A stretch of DNA of 64,000 bases from Eledone cirrhosa (Eukaryota), in assembly GCA_964016885.1 (NCBI GenBank), contig OZ024740.1, positions 38,688,001-38,752,000 on the forward strand. The letters run 5' to 3'. A program made the translations under genes and the position numbers. Each line of letters opens with the position of its first letter. Positions within the stretch are counted from its first letter, which is position 1. The notes beneath the pieces are model-generated. The model did not search any database, was not told where the DNA came from, and saw only the letters and a list, made by a program, of their open reading frames with translations. Positions 28,505 to 41,439 of this stretch are shown here, piece after piece.

Positions 28505-28859
28505 TTAATGTTTATTTTCCATGGTCAGATGGCTGTCGCATGTTATGACCAGACTGGTCAGGTGACTAGGTTTTGCTGATAAACTTTGTTTTGACTTGGT
28601 TTCTATGGCTAGATGCCCTTCCTAACACCAATTGCTTTACAGCATGTACTTGGTGATGGAATTTATTATGGTGATTGGATTATCTGCTAATGTATGTTAG
28701 ATTTTCAATAATTTTATGGTAAGGTTCAAACAGGTTAAAGTTGAGGTTGAGGGTAACATCTAGGAAATTAGCTAGCTTATAGTGTTTGAAAGTTATTTTC
28801 AGGCCCATACGTTTGAAGAAGGATCTTATAGTCATTTGTCTTTCTAACTTTTGATCATT

Positions 28860-28998
28860 AATAGTTACGTCCCTTTATGATCTGAGTTCAAATCCCGCCG
28901 AGGTTGACTTTGCCTTTCATCCTTACGGGGTCGATAAAATAAAGTACCAGTAATGCACTGGGTATTTGCTGGTCTTGTGCCTAATGTAGAAACAATTA
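28860..28998 (+). mobile_element. SINE family A, 5'-truncated
   Basis: Same core and the tail TGTGCC.AA.GTAGAAACAATTA. Confidence 0.85.
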
Positions 28999-29357
28999 AA
29001 ATTCCTAACTAATAGAAGAGCATCATCTCTATATACTCCTCCTTGAAGGTCAGTAAATAAGCAGGTTATGTGTTAGGTACACTCCAACTAAGTTGGTAAC
29101 CTGTTAGTTCTATCCCTACATGTTCAGTACTCAATATCGAACAATATGACTGAATATCTAGTAGCTATTATTATGTCAAACTTATCCTTAGTTAAGTCAG
29201 ATTACCGCATGGCAAATGCGAGAGCCTTGTTGAGATGACGGGTAAAATAGATCAATAGTAGTTGTCAATATAAAATTGTATAAACTTAGATACTTTTTTA
29301 TCCTGTATCTTAGTAAACCAGTCAATAACCTCATCTGTGTTGCCGCAAAGTTTAATT

Positions 29358-29533
29358 CGCCAACACTACACCTAATATCCCCCTCCATATACATTACATG
29401 CACACATGTATATCATGACTCATACACTGTTCACTTTCTTAACATTTGTACATTATTCTACGTACTATACATGCACCTTCGATGAGTTGTAGTGCACCTG
29501 AGCACTGTACACAATAATTTCATTATTATCATA
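29358..29533 (+). mobile_element. CR1 3' UTR fragment
   Basis: Reverse complement of the 3' end at 33307-33680; terminal stem-loop AGTGC-ACCTGA-GCACT and (ATT)n tail. Confidence 0.85.
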
Positions 29534-29559
29534 ATCTACTTTTTATTTGCATTAATACT

Positions 29560-29860
29560 CTATCTAATATCTATCTATCGAGGGCAAGTAAAATTCCCGA
29601 GATCTATGGACGAGTTCTCTCCAGTGGTCTCTGTCCCTCATCATCGCTGCCATGTCCTGCGTCTCCAAGAGACCGGTGTCTGTCCTTAGGGCATGAACAT
29701 ATGTCAACCTCAGTCTCCCTCTTCTAGTGTGTCCATGCAGGGGTTCCCACAGGAGCACTGAGTGCAGTGTCAACTCTGGATGTCGGTGATCATGTCTAGC
29801 TAACCTCAATCTCCTCTGTGCTACTTTTGAGCTGATTTTAGGAGGCTCCCGTAAAGCTCT
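29560..29860 (-). mobile_element. C-terminal fragment of a second RTE-like LINE
   Basis: RLRLARH..RHPE.....VLLWEP.HG..RRGR.R.TY...L..DTG...M.DR..WR, typical of the C-terminus of RTE-group reverse transcriptases. Confidence 0.7.
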
Positions 29861-29915
29861 GAGTTCTTCATCCTCAGTGTATACTGATTAATCTAATATA
29901 TTCTTACTAATGTGA

Positions 29916-30075
29916 AGGCTTAGTGGTTAGAACATTGGGCTTGCAATCGAAAGGTTGTGAGTTCAATTCTCGGACCGGGTGATGTGTTATTTCCTTGAGC
30001 AAGACACTTTATTTCACGTTGCTCCAGTTTACTCAGCTGTAGAAATGAGATGATAGGACTGGGGTCCCTATCATT
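29916..30075 (+). mobile_element. tRNA-derived SINE family B, 5' part
   Basis: GGCTTAGTGGTTAG (A-box) and GAGTTCAATTC (B-box), then TTCCTTGAGCAAGACACTTTATTTCAC. Confidence 0.85.
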
Positions 30076-30166
30076 AAATTACCCAAGACACCTCCAACGA
30101 GATATACCTTGAGGGAGGCCAGCTAAACCTGCATAGGTGTGAACTGTCACACACACACACACAATA

Positions 30167-30740
30167 TGACCTATATCTGATTTAAAGGGGCATATGAATC
30201 TAAAAGTGGGGTTGAATTCAAAGTTATTTTATGGTCCTTTATATTCAAAGTTGGAAATCTAATATCAAATTGTTCAGTTCAGTTAGGTCTAATTTATTTA
30301 CTATCATTAGACCTTCATTGTTGATATCATTAATGGTGGATTTTTAACTTTTTTTGTATTTCTTCTGTAGTTCCTTAAGTAAAACATTTTTATAATTGTT
30401 AATGCCTATGGAGTAAATATTGCCAGTTTTGTCGGCATTGACAAGTATTCTTTCTGTATTTTTAAATCTATTCATAATTGATTGCAGATTTTTCTGGAAT
30501 TTAATACAGTGTTGGTGATTTTAAAATGTAATGCTATTGACCAAATCCATTAAATCAGTGTCAAATGCTTCTAGATGTGGATTATGTGATGGACTTTTAT
30601 AGGATTTAAATCCAAAGTTATTTTGGGAGGAATTCTTGTTATTGTTTGGGTTAGTTCTTTTCTTTTCAAAGTGGTACACCTTCCATCTAACATGATGGAT
30701 AAAATTGCTAGTTTTTGAGATCATTAGGATTTTTTCAACA
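30167..30740 (-). mobile_element. Decayed Penelope-like element, N-terminal/RT region (related to the 39558 ORF)
   Basis: Minus-strand translation with stops and frameshifts: RWKV..F..., FGFKS...P....LEAF..DL, ILVNADKTGNIY, IKDHK.NF..NP.FR.I.P.KSDIG, compared with LKDHKGNFLNKPSVRLINPTRSDIG in the 39558 ORF. Confidence 0.75.
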
Positions 30741-31544
30741 TGCTGACGTGTATGTGTGTGTGTGCATGCATATGCATACATTTATGCATGAGTATATAAA
30801 TATAAACATGCAAACACAGACACACTTACAAAAATACACACTCACAGACATACATTCACACAAACACACACATACATTCACACAGCATAGCAAATGGAAC
30901 ACCAGCTGATATTTTCCTATAGTTTTTTTCACCATCCCTTTCTTTCTTTTTACACACATACATTCACGGACGGAAGTTGCTCAAATTTATATATAGATGC
31001 TCTTAAGATAATTGTTCCTATGAGGAAGTGGAATGTTTTTAGAGAAATACCTGTGTGGTGTTTTATCATAGTGTACCGGTAAACTGTTACAGTGTTGTAG
31101 TTTGCTTGAAGTATTGTTGACTGTTATATAAATATGTGTGTGCGTGCATGTGTGCATGCATGTGTGTATGTGTATACAAACATATTTACACATATTTGTA
31201 GATACTTAGAAAATAGCGTTCTTTAGAAATAATTTGGTTCTATTTGCCTAAAACATTATTTAAAGAAAAAACAATGTAGAAAAGAAATAGAAAAACAGTA
31301 TGGAGGTCTAATGTAGAGAGAGATATAAACTTTAAACAGATATAAAGACAAACCAAATATTTATCTACACTGATCAATATGAATGATAGTAACGTGTGTA
31401 ATATAAATCGTAACACTGAGAAGATAACTATTTATAATATCATAAAGTCAAATGAGTAGGACGTATTGTTTACTGAGATTTTGTAATAACTAAGGACATT
31501 TCAGGATAAAACTAGAAATGAATAGCTTGAGCTTGATAATATTT

Positions 31545-31920
31545 AGTCAACATTGATATTAATTGGCTAACATTGATAATAATTAGTCAACATTGATAAT
31601 GATTAACTAATATTAATAATAATTAGCTAACGGTGGATTGGCAGTATTGGTAGAGGGTTGAACACCAAGCTTTGCAGCAAAGAGTTACGGCTCTTTATGG
31701 TCTAAGTTCAAATCCCATTGAGGTTAACTTTGCCTTTCATCCTTACTGGGTCGATAAAATAAAGTACCAGTAATACACTGGGATAATTGGTGGCCTTGTG
31801 CCAAAAGTAGAAACAATTAATAATAATTAGCTAACATTGATAATAATTAACTAATATTGATAATAATTAGCTAACATTAAAAATTATCAATGTTGCCTGA
31901 TTATTATCAATGTTGCCTAA
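31545..31920. repeat. 20-bp minisatellite (AACATTGATAATAATTAGCT) interrupted by a family A SINE (31632-31818); last units inverted
   Basis: Direct units at 31545-31631 and 31815-31880; reverse-complement units at 31882-31920. Confidence 0.8.
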
Positions 31921-32180
31921 CAAGTTTCCATTATGGAGTAATACGCATTTTAGACTCTTCGTTGAACTATCTATAAAGAGACTCCATTCATGAAGATCAT
32001 TCTGTAGAGCACCCATTGCTTTTAGCAGTCCCACCAGTCACAACAATAAACAAAATCTTTTTCAGTTTTAAAGTCTGCCAAAAGAGCCTTTTCCCTGTTC
32101 TGATATAAAGTTACATTTGTTTCTTTCTGCAGGCCTATGTCGCTAACTAAATCATTAGTTCTGCCTGGTTGAAATTTTCA
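31921..32180 (-). mobile_element. DNA transposase remnant, probably Chapaev3 (CMC)-type
   Basis: Frameshifted minus-strand peptide FNQAEL/NDLV.D.GL, VTLYQNRE...F..E...VYC.D..GLLKAMG, EWSLFIDSSTKSLKCVLLHNGN. The superfamily assignment is from recalled motif similarity. Confidence 0.6.
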
Positions 32181-32415
32181 CATTCATTAGTTGCTGTATC
32201 TACAAAATCTGTATCACTGTTACAAAGTTTGCCTTTCACTTGAACAACAATAGTAGCATGGAGAGAGGGGACTAATATACATGAGTGACTGCTGGTTTTC
32301 CACAAAAAGGACCAGCAACACCTTACCCAGTCTTAGTAAGGTGCAAAACCCATGGTCATTCATAACTAATCCTTACCCTTTTATTCATAATAAACCTTCC
32401 AACATTATTTTATAT

Positions 32416-32594
32416 TGGCAGTATCGGCAGAGAGTCGGACGCCAAGCTTTCCAGCATAGTTACGTCCCTTTACGGTCTGAGTTCAAATCCCGCCGAGGTT
32501 CACTTTACCTTTCATCCTTACGGGGTCGATAAAATAAAGTACCAGTAATGTACTGGGTAATTGCTGGCCTTGTGCCAAAAGTAGAAACAATTAT
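32416..32594 (+). mobile_element. SINE family A, near full length
   Basis: Same head, core and tail as 27210-27390; flanked by similar ATTATTTT(T)ATA sequences. Confidence 0.88.
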
Positions 32595-33306
32595 TTTATA
32601 TAAGAACTTTTTCTTATGTAACACACCAAATATCAACTTAATAATTAAAGATTTTGTTATTTTACTAAATTCCTTCAATTTTTCTTTATTATTATAAAAA
32701 TAAAATGAAACAGATTGGCAGATGTATATAATCAGAAATATGGTAACAAAAGGGTTAAAGTTTCCTTAGAGCAGGTAGTGGTAAGTGATATGCTTATGAA
32801 ACAGTTTTTGTTGTAAATAATTCATAACAAGCATAGCAGTGGAGTAGAAGTTAATAAGAAAAACACTGGTTTCCCTTAACTGGACACAGAACGAATTCTT
32901 AGATGAAAATTATAATTTTGATCAACCCAAGTATCTTACTGATATTTGTTTTCTCAATCTCAGAGATATAAAAGACAAAGTTGATATAGCTGTTATTTGA
33001 TTTCAAAATGTATGTATGTATGTATGTATGTATGTATCATTAAGACATTTCTCTAGGAGAAGCTCACTCTGATATAAAACCTGCGACTTTGTTTACATCC
33101 AATGATGTAGACCAGTTTTACAATTTGGGTAAAAGCATTCGATGTTCAGAGAGTTGGATTGGCCCCATGCAAAGCCTTTACTCGCTTAAAAAAGCTTCCA
33201 GTACTGGCACTGCTTAATATAAGACAATTTTTGTAATGCATGATATTGCTGGCTATAGGCAAGTCCCTAGCAGGACTAAAATGCTACGTCTGTGATGCTC
33301 ATGCTT

Positions 33307-36300
33307 AATAATAATAATAATGAAATTATTGTGTAAAGTGCTCAGGTGCACTACAACTCATCAAAGGTGCATGTATAGTACATAGAATAATTGTTTCTAC
33401 TTTTGGCACAAGGCCAGCAATTACCCAGTACATTACTGGTACTTTATTTTATCGACCCCGTAAGGATGAAAGGCAAAGTTAACCTCGGCGGGATTTGAAC
33501 TCAGACCGTAAAGGGACGTAACTATGCTGGAAAGCATGGCGTCCGACTCTCTACTGATACTGCCAATCTACCGTCCTTAGTACATAGAATAATATACAAA
33601 TATCAGGGAAGTGAGTAGTGTATGAGTCATGATATACATGTGTGTATGTATATGGAGGGGGAACATTAGGTGTAGTGTTGGCAAATCTCGGGAAGCATGG
33701 AGGTTTTAAAGGATGCAATGTCTCGACAGCTAACAACTGATGCAGGTAGTTTGTTCCATGCTTCAGCAACTCTGAGCGTGAAAAAATGTTTCCGAAAGTC
33801 ATGGGAGCTGTGCTGTTTTCTGACTTTGTGGGCATGCCCACGTGTGTTAGACACATGGAAATCAAAAAGGTACTCAGGGTTGTTGTTGGCAACATGGTTA
33901 ACAATTTTGTGGATGTTTACCAAGTCAGTTGCCAGACATCGGAGCTTCAATGTATCCATGCCCAGGGAAGCAAGGCATTCAGAGTATGGTAGATTCCTGA
34001 TGGAGGGTATTCGCTTGGTTGCTCTGAACAGTTTCCAGGCGGTCAATGTTCTGAGCAAGATAGGGGTTCCAGACTGGTGATGCAAATTCTAAGTGTGGCC
34101 GCACAATAGCCATGTACAGCCTTAAATAGATAGCTGGAGAGCGGCTGACAAAGGTCTTGCTGAGTGATGCTAAGACACCCTCGGCCCTCTTGACAATTTT
34201 AGAGACGTGCTTCATCCAACGCAAATCGCTGCTGACCGTAATGCCCAGGTCACGTTCACAAGAAGACTTCTTGATATTAGTGCTGTGGAGGGAGTATGTG
34301 GACGCTGGGTTTTTACTCCCAAAATGCATGGTGGTGCACTTGTCCACAGCTAGCTTGAGTGCCAGTCTGAGATCCATTGTTGCATTGTGTCCAGGTCAGA
34401 CTACAAACAAGATCTATAGTGTTCAGGATCTGTCCTTTTTATCTCAAGGTACAGCTTGATGTCATCTGCATACTTTAGTACTGTGGCATTCTTTAAGTTG
34501 GCATCTATGTCATTAATATATGCTACAAACAAAAGGGGACCAAGAACAGATCCCTGTGGTACACCAGATGACATCTCATATGGTGAGGAATGCTGTCCCA
34601 GAACCGTGACCATCTCTCTTCGACTGAGAATGAAGGACTTCAACCAGTTAAAAAGATCATCCTTCACACCCATTGCAGAGAGTTTTGCTATAAGCCTTTT
34701 GGTGGCACAGAATTGAAAGCTTTCGCAAAGTCAAGGTAAACAACATCCACCCATGAGCCGCCATCAGTGATCCGGGTGATGTCTTCAAGAAACTCGATAA
34801 GTTGATCACAGCAGCTGGATTTGGGGATAAATCCAAATTGCGAGGGTCGGATAAGACTGTGAGAGTTCCATAAGTTCCAAAGTGTTTCTCTGACACAGGA
34901 TTCCATCAGTTTGGCAATGCAACTAGTAAGACTGACTGGACGATAGTTCACAGGTGATGTGTGGTCACTCTTTTTGAACAGAGGAATGACATTGGCAGTT
35001 TTCCACTGTTCTGGAGTAGCACCGTTGTTCAGACAGAATTGGAAGAAGCGAGATAGCTGGTGCAGAAGCAAGTACCCACCATGTTTAAGAAGCAGGTACG
35101 TAACACCATCAAGACCAGGAGAGGCATGGTTGCGTTTATTTTTTAGGTGATGTTCCAGCATTGCAGGTGTAAATTCTATGGTTGTAATAGAATCCGGTGT
35201 CGTAGGTGGTGGAGACGGTACACTCTGGTCTTCAATAGGGAAAATGCCTGCATAGCATTCAGCAATGAGCTCTGCACCTTCCTTGGGGTCATCAGTAACC
35301 TGGCTTGTGTGGGGATTGTGAAGAGGACCAACTGGAGAGTGAGGCCTCTACTTTGAGTGAACATACTTCCAGAACACCTTACTGTCAGGGCTGGTTGCTA
35401 TGCGCTGCTCAAATTGAAGCACTGCCTTTTTTGTCACCTGTTTGAGGTGGTTGGACGATCTATTTCGCCTCTTCCTATTAATGTCTGATTTGTGCAGTTC
35501 TACTCACGTTCAGCATTGCGACGTTCTTTTCTGGCAAGACGGACTGCTGCAGTCTCCCAAATTGCACTTTTGGGATGTTTTTTCCGCTTACATGGCACCG
35601 ATGCTGCACATGCTGTCCATATTGAGCTCAGGATGTTCTGGAGTAGTGTTGACATCTCCAGAGTCGTAGAACTCAAGCCAGTTTGGACGTTGCAACTCGG
35701 TGCAGTAACAGTTCCACTCTGCTTTATTCCAGTCAAAGTGAGCAGTTTGGAGATGGTTGTGGTTCTTGTTACTGCCCATGAGGGATAGATTGGCAATGAT
35801 CATAGCATGATCAGAGTCACCTAAAGGTTCCTCAACAGTAACACTAATGACCGTTTCAGGAGTAGTGGTGAAGAGTAGGTCCAAAGTGTTGTCACCTCTT
35901 GTTGGGGAGGTGACTACTTGGGACCAATTCGAGTCCAGCACTAGCTCAAGGAAGTCATTTGCACTTGGTGGCCAACAAAAGGTTTCCCAGTCAATCTCGG
36001 GGTGATTGAAGTCTCCTGCAATAAAAACATAAGTAGCTGTTTTCCTGACAGCAGCTCTGAGGATATCACAAAGTTGAGTGTCCTGATGGTAATTTGGGGG
36101 TCAGTAAACGACTCCAAGTAGCAGTATTGACATGGTCATACATATATCACAGAAAAAACTTCCTGCTGTGATTAGTTCAAATCAACACAAGGAATTGCCA
36201 ACAAATTTGACCGAACGTAGACCATTACACCACCACGATTAATGCGGTCTTTACGAAACAGGTTGTAGCCAGTTATACTAAAAACCTCATCACAGAGTAA

Positions 36301-36990
36301 AGGATGTGCCCAAGTTTCCGTGACTAATGAAGTCAGGGTTGATACTTTTGACGTAGGAGTCAAAAAGATGAATCTTATTGCATAGACTACGTGCATTCAA
36401 GGACAACAATTTGTACCTTGATTCCAGTATATGATTATTGTGCAGGGGATGGCAGGTTGTTCTGATTTAGTTTCCCAGAGTTTATTTCAGTTTTTTTTAT
36501 TGTCAGTTGTTGTGGGTGCAGTGTTTTCAGACCAGCTGGTATCTCTTTTCCATGTTTCACCAGCCTTAACAAATTTCCATATCTGCACATCATCACGTAG
36601 GCTGAAGCTTTCATGTTCTGCCGAGCTGCAGTTTAAGGAAGCTGCAGCACGCTACTTTGGGCAGACATCAGGTGGAAGACCAGGGCATGTTCGGAAAGCA
36701 ATCCGACTTTCACGCCTAGCTTTATCAGAGGCTACAAGGTATGAACGTGCCTCAGTTGAGTTCGAAAACGACATTCTAATTAGCCTGGGTTTCGGGCCTT
36801 GTTGGCCAAGGCGTAGAGCACCCTTTGTGGGAGCACAGCCCAAGTCTCTGGATGAACTGGCAGCAAATGCCTGAAGATCAACTATGTCTTCTGGTACACC
36901 AATGGCAATCACTTCGTGGTTTGCAGATTCAGTGGCATTCTCAATGCGTCTAGGTTCAACATGAGGTACGCGGAGATGTATCAAGCGATG
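33307..36990 (-). mobile_element. Near full-length degenerate CR1-clade LINE (ORF1 remnant + APE-RT ORF2)
   Basis: APE motifs VTETW, RKDR..RGGV, GDFN.P.IDW, PTRGDNTLDL, GDSDH. RT motifs PGLDG, NYRPVSLTS, YLDFAKAF, GVPQGSVLGPLLF, YADD. ORF1-like GVPE...RLG....KPRLI. The (ATT)n tail is at 33307-33325. Many frameshifts. Confidence 0.93.
33392..33577 (-). mobile_element. SINE family A nested in the CR1 3' UTR
   Basis: 16-bp target duplication TAGTACATAGAATAAT at 33376-33391 and 33578-33593. Confidence 0.9.
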
Positions 36991-37073
36991 GCATTACACA
37001 TCATATAATAATAATAATGAATGGCCTATTTTCATCTGTCACTTTTTTATGTGGCTTCCATCTGCTACCACTT

Positions 37074-37575
37074 ATAATAATAATAATGAAATTATTCTGT
37101 ACAGTGCTCAGGTGCACTACAACTCCTCAAATGTACATGTATAGTATATAGAATAATTGTTTCTACTATTGACACAAGGCCAGCAATTACCCAGTACATT
37201 ACTGGTACTTTATTTTATCGACCCCGTAAGGATGAAAGGCAAAGTGTACCTTGGCAGGATTTGAACTCAGACCGTAAAGGGACGAAACTCTATGCATCAA
37301 AGGTGCATGTATAGTACATAGAATAATATACAAATGTCAGGAAAATGAACAGTGTATGAGTCATGATATACATGTGTGCGTGTGCATGGAGGGGGGAATA
37401 TTAGGTGTAGTGTTGGCGAATCTCAGGAAGCATGGAGGTTTTAAAAGATGCAGTGTCTCCACAGCTAACAACTGATGCAGGTAGTTTGTTCCATGTTTCA
37501 GCAACTCTGAGCATGAAAAAATGTTTCTGTGCTGTTTTCTGACTTTGTAGGCATACCCACGTGTGTTAGACATGT
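37074..37575 (-). mobile_element. CR1 3' fragment with nested truncated SINE A (37158-37294)
   Basis: Homologous to 33307-33855, with the SINE at the same position. Confidence 0.88.
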
Positions 37576-37992
37576 ATGTATGGGGCTTTTAACTCCTGAT
37601 AGAGTTGTTGGAGTACCACATTGATATATGGCATGTCTCAGGCATTCAAATCTGGTGGATATCACCCTTCTCTAGGCCTGAATACAGCTGATTGCTTCCA
37701 GAGAAAGAGGACATGCAAATGAGAGAACATGAAAAAATATAAAGAAAGAAGGACTGGGACTTTATTTATTAACCTCAACATTTTGAAAGGCAAATTTGAA
37801 CTCAGTAGCATTTGAACTCCGGGTGCAGAAAGCTAAAACGAATACCACCTGTTCTAATGACTCTGCTATTTTGATCTGAAGGTGGCAAACTGGCAAATTA
37901 CTGAACGAGAGACATTTAGTCTAGTAATTTAGTTATTAGATCAACTGCTGCAAAACAAATATTTAACAAACATCAAAAGTGTGAAACTATAT

Positions 37993-38057
<65 letters not shown>

Positions 38058-38117
38058 TACATACATATATATTAGAAAGTGAGGTTTTTTTTTACAAAAT
38101 GAAAAATAACCGAGGTG

Positions 38118-38160
38118 TCCTACTTTTGAAAAGCAGAAGAACTGTGAAACCGGTAAAGGA
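38118..38160 (+). ncRNA. Minimal type I hammerhead, U3-A8 variant, in a short solo pLTR-like island (~38072-38230)
   Basis: CTT-TTGAAAA-GCAG(aagaa)CTGT-GAAA-CCGG-TA^-AAG; stem III is the palindrome ACCGGT; stem I is short. Confidence 0.55.
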
Positions 38161-38296
38161 ACCAAATAAATATATATATATTTTTTTAAATAAGACTCCA
38201 GTTGCATTTTCGATTTCATCTTTTTTTCTTTACACATATCTATATATATACACACATATATATACACACATATATATATATACACACATATTTATG

Positions 38297-38328
<32 letters not shown>

Positions 38329-38425
38329 CACACATATATATATATACATATATATATACATATATACATATAAATACATATATAGAAATACATATATACG
38401 TATATATACATATATAGAAATACAT

Positions 38426-38770
38426 ATGTGAGTTTAATTCTCAGACCGGGTGATGTGTTGTTTCCTTGAGCAAGACACTTTATTTCACATTGTTCCAGTT
38501 TACTCAGCTGTAGAAATGAGATGATAGAGACTGGGGTCCCTATCATTCCACTGCAAAGTGGTCGTGGAGGTGCCACTGCAAAAAATCACCCAGCCCACAC
38601 TGTAAATGAGGTTGGTGTTAGGAAGGGCATCCAGCTGTAGAAATCAAGCCAGAATCAGTTCTCGTATGAGCAAGACATGGTCAACTGAATGGACGCTGCC
38701 CACAACAGGACAACCCGTCTAGCCCATGCTAGAGTGGAAGAACGGACGTAAAACGGTGATGATGATGATA
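38426..38770 (+). mobile_element. SINE family B (5'-truncated) with RTE-type tail
   Basis: Matches 48556-48790 and ends GGACGTAAAACGG(TGA)n. Confidence 0.85.
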
Positions 38771-38893
38771 TATATACATATATATATACATATATACTTA
38801 TATATACTTATATATACATATATATATTTATATATACACATATATTTATATATACACATATATATATATACACATATACATTTACATATACAC

Positions 38894-38928
<35 letters not shown>

Positions 38929-38977
38929 TGAAACACAATAAATCGAGTTCCGAAGCATCAGTGATTTCTCATTTTCC

Positions 38978-39079
<102 letters not shown>

Positions 39080-39081
39080 TG

Positions 39082-39132
39082 AGATTCTACAGGACTAGAA
39101 CTGTTTCATTCTTTAGAAATCATCAGGAATCT
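39082..39132 (-). ncRNA. Type I hammerhead ribozyme in the inverted pLTR
   Basis: Reverse complement of 46247-46297. Confidence 0.75.
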
Positions 39133-39557
39133 GGGTATCAAAAAATAAGTATGGTATTTATAGGTCTCTACAAGTGGTAGGAGAGGGTGGGGAGTTGGAT
39201 GGGTGTAGGTCATTGGTTGATAGAAAAGGGAATTCATTAAAAGCTAATTCTACAAAGCTATAGTTTATTTTTATTTATTTTTGTTTTTAGAGTAACAAAG
39301 GCAGACAGAATTCTATAAACAGGTTCAGGATGGCAAGCCATTCCTTGTTATTAAGTTTCTCTTAAGCTAACAGGTGTCTATAAGATCAGTGGGGGGTCAG
39401 TCATGGTAGATAGATTTAAAGGAAAGGGAGATTCTTTAAAAGCTAAATTCATTAAGGTGCTACTAAGTGACAAAGGTTTAGAGAATTCTGTAGACAAATT
39501 CAGAATATTGAGTGCATATCTTACAATTATCCTCAAATTTCTCGTAAAGTAATAGAG

Positions 39558-41264
39558 ATGGCACTGACTGAGACAAACACGGCCGGAAAAGAAATCGCCA
39601 AGTCCCTTAAATTACACGACCGAACCGAACCTTTAAGGGTAAAGACCCCGCACTTTACCCTGAAGGACCATAAGGGAAACTTCCTCAACAAACCATCAGT
39701 CAGACTTATCAACCCCACTCGTTCTGACATCGGCTCTATCAGTAAGAAGATCCTGGATAGAGTTCTACCATCATTGCGGGCTGCCTCACCACTTCCACTC
39801 TGGAGCAGAACATCTGAGGCAATATCATGGTTCCAAAAATTACCCGACAAACACCACACTCGCTTCCTGCAACTCGATATAGAAAACTACTATGCCTCTA
39901 TCTCGGAGCCCCTCCTGAAGGACGCAATTAACTTTGCAAGGAATTTTACCACCATTACCGATGCTGAGCAAGTTGTTATCCTCCACGCTCGTAAGACCTT
40001 TCTATACCACGATGGATCTTACTGGATCAACAAGAAATCTCAGACCCCATTTGATGTTAGCATGGGAGCGAGTGACTCGGCTGAAATTAGCGACCTTGTG
40101 GGCCTGTACATCCTACATCACTTGAAGAACCTCTTTACCGGCCTAACGGGAGGTTTATACCGAGACGACGGCCTCTTCGCCCTGCATAAGGTTAACCCCA
40201 GAACCACCGATGGGTTTCGGAAAAACTTAAGCTCATTCTTCTCTAATCTAGGATTTAGTATAACTATAGAATCTAATTTGACTAGGGCCAACTTCTTAGA
40301 TGTCACTCTCGACCTAGATACTTCCCTCTATTACCCGTACCACAAACCTAACGAGTCCCTTAAATATATTAATGTTAATTCAAACCACCCCCAAAACATC
40401 ACTGATAACCTAGTAAAAAGCGTCTCTATTAGAATATCTGGCCTCTCCGCCAACAAAGATATTTTTAACGCATCTGCCTCCTACTACAATGACGCCCTCA
40501 CCCGTAGCGGATTTAAAGAAAAGATAACATACCTAGAAACCACCGCAAGATTGCAGAGGAGGAATAGACATAGGCAGATTAGCTGGTACAACCCTCCCTT
40601 CAATAGAGAGGTCTCTACTCCGATAGCTAGGATTTTCTTCACTTTGCTGAAATTACACTTCCCCATACAACATAGGTACCACACCATCTTTAATAAGAAC
40701 ACAATAAGACTCTCCTACTCCACCACACCTAACCTAGCTAGGAATATAGCCAACCACAATTCTAAAAAATTAAATAAGCCAACCACCTCCGAACCCAATC
40801 CCCGGACTGGGGCTCTGTGTAATTGCCTAAATAAGGAAGCATGCCCACTTGAAAACAAATGCCTCACAAATGATATCGTATACAAATGCGATGTCATCTT
40901 AGGCACCGATGATTGCAAAAAAACTTACATCGGCATGACCTCCAACAACTTTAAGACCCGTTGGTATGCCCATACCCACTCCTTCAGAAGACCGGACAAA
41001 TCAAACCAGACAACACTCGCCTCCTACGTTTGGGACCTCAAAAAAAACTCCACCCCCTTCACGCTTAAATGGAAAATACTCCAGAAAGCGCGCTCTTACA
41101 ACGGAGGACACAAGGGCTGCGACCTTTGTATTTCAGAGAGCTACGAAATTTTATTCGCCAAGGGACCGCTACTGAACAAACTCTCTGAACACTGCCCGAA
41201 CTGCATGCACAAGAACTTTGCAACTTTCAAACACTTTAAGCCAGTGTTAAAACCAGATGGCTAA
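39558..41264 (+). CDS. Penelope-like reverse transcriptase + GIY-YIG endonuclease (5'-truncated, uninterrupted 568 aa)
   Basis: RT motifs LKDHK, RLINP, LDIENYY.SI, MGA.DSAE, YRDDG, FLDVTL, PYHKP. Endonuclease CNC...CP...C..IVY...YIGMT...FK.R..H, then CDLC..E...LLN...C.H. The motif pattern resembles Naiad-type PLEs (inference). Confidence 0.92.
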   Translation: MALTETNTAGKEIAKSLKLHDRTEPLRVKTPHFTLKDHKGNFLNKPSVRLINPTRSDIGSISKKILDRVLPSLRAASPLPLWSRTSEAISWFQKLPDKHHTRFLQLDIENYYASISEPLLKDAINFARNFTTITDAEQVVILHARKTFLYHDGSYWINKKSQTPFDVSMGASDSAEISDLVGLYILHHLKNLFTGLTGGLYRDDGLFALHKVNPRTTDGFRKNLSSFFSNLGFSITIESNLTRANFLDVTLDLDTSLYYPYHKPNESLKYINVNSNHPQNITDNLVKSVSIRISGLSANKDIFNASASYYNDALTRSGFKEKITYLETTARLQRRNRHRQISWYNPPFNREVSTPIARIFFTLLKLHFPIQHRYHTIFNKNTIRLSYSTTPNLARNIANHNSKKLNKPTTSEPNPRTGALCNCLNKEACPLENKCLTNDIVYKCDVILGTDDCKKTYIGMTSNNFKTRWYAHTHSFRRPDKSNQTTLASYVWDLKKNSTPFTLKWKILQKARSYNGGHKGCDLCISESYEILFAKGPLLNKLSEHCPNCMHKNFATFKHFKPVLKPDG

Positions 41265-41439
41265 AAACGACCTCCTCCTATTGGCCCCTATACCTCCTTC
41301 CCACCCTACCCCCACCCCTCCTCAACCTGAAATACGGTCACTATGGTTATGTGAGTACCTCTTACCTATCTACATTTTCTGCCTGTAGAGGTGTTTTTAT
41401 GTGCCTGCGTATATGAGTATATTTATTGAGTACTTATTT

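Noticed and set aside
32373-32758. Second piggyBac-type MITE
   Set aside because: Only the right end (GGTAACAAAAGGGTTAA) is clear; the left terminus is too degenerate to support.
33240-33308. Short peptide MILLAIGKSLAGLKCYVCDAHA resembling a Ly6/three-finger N-terminus
   Set aside because: It is only 22 codons, ends at the CR1 tail, and has no continuation or splice support; probably chance.
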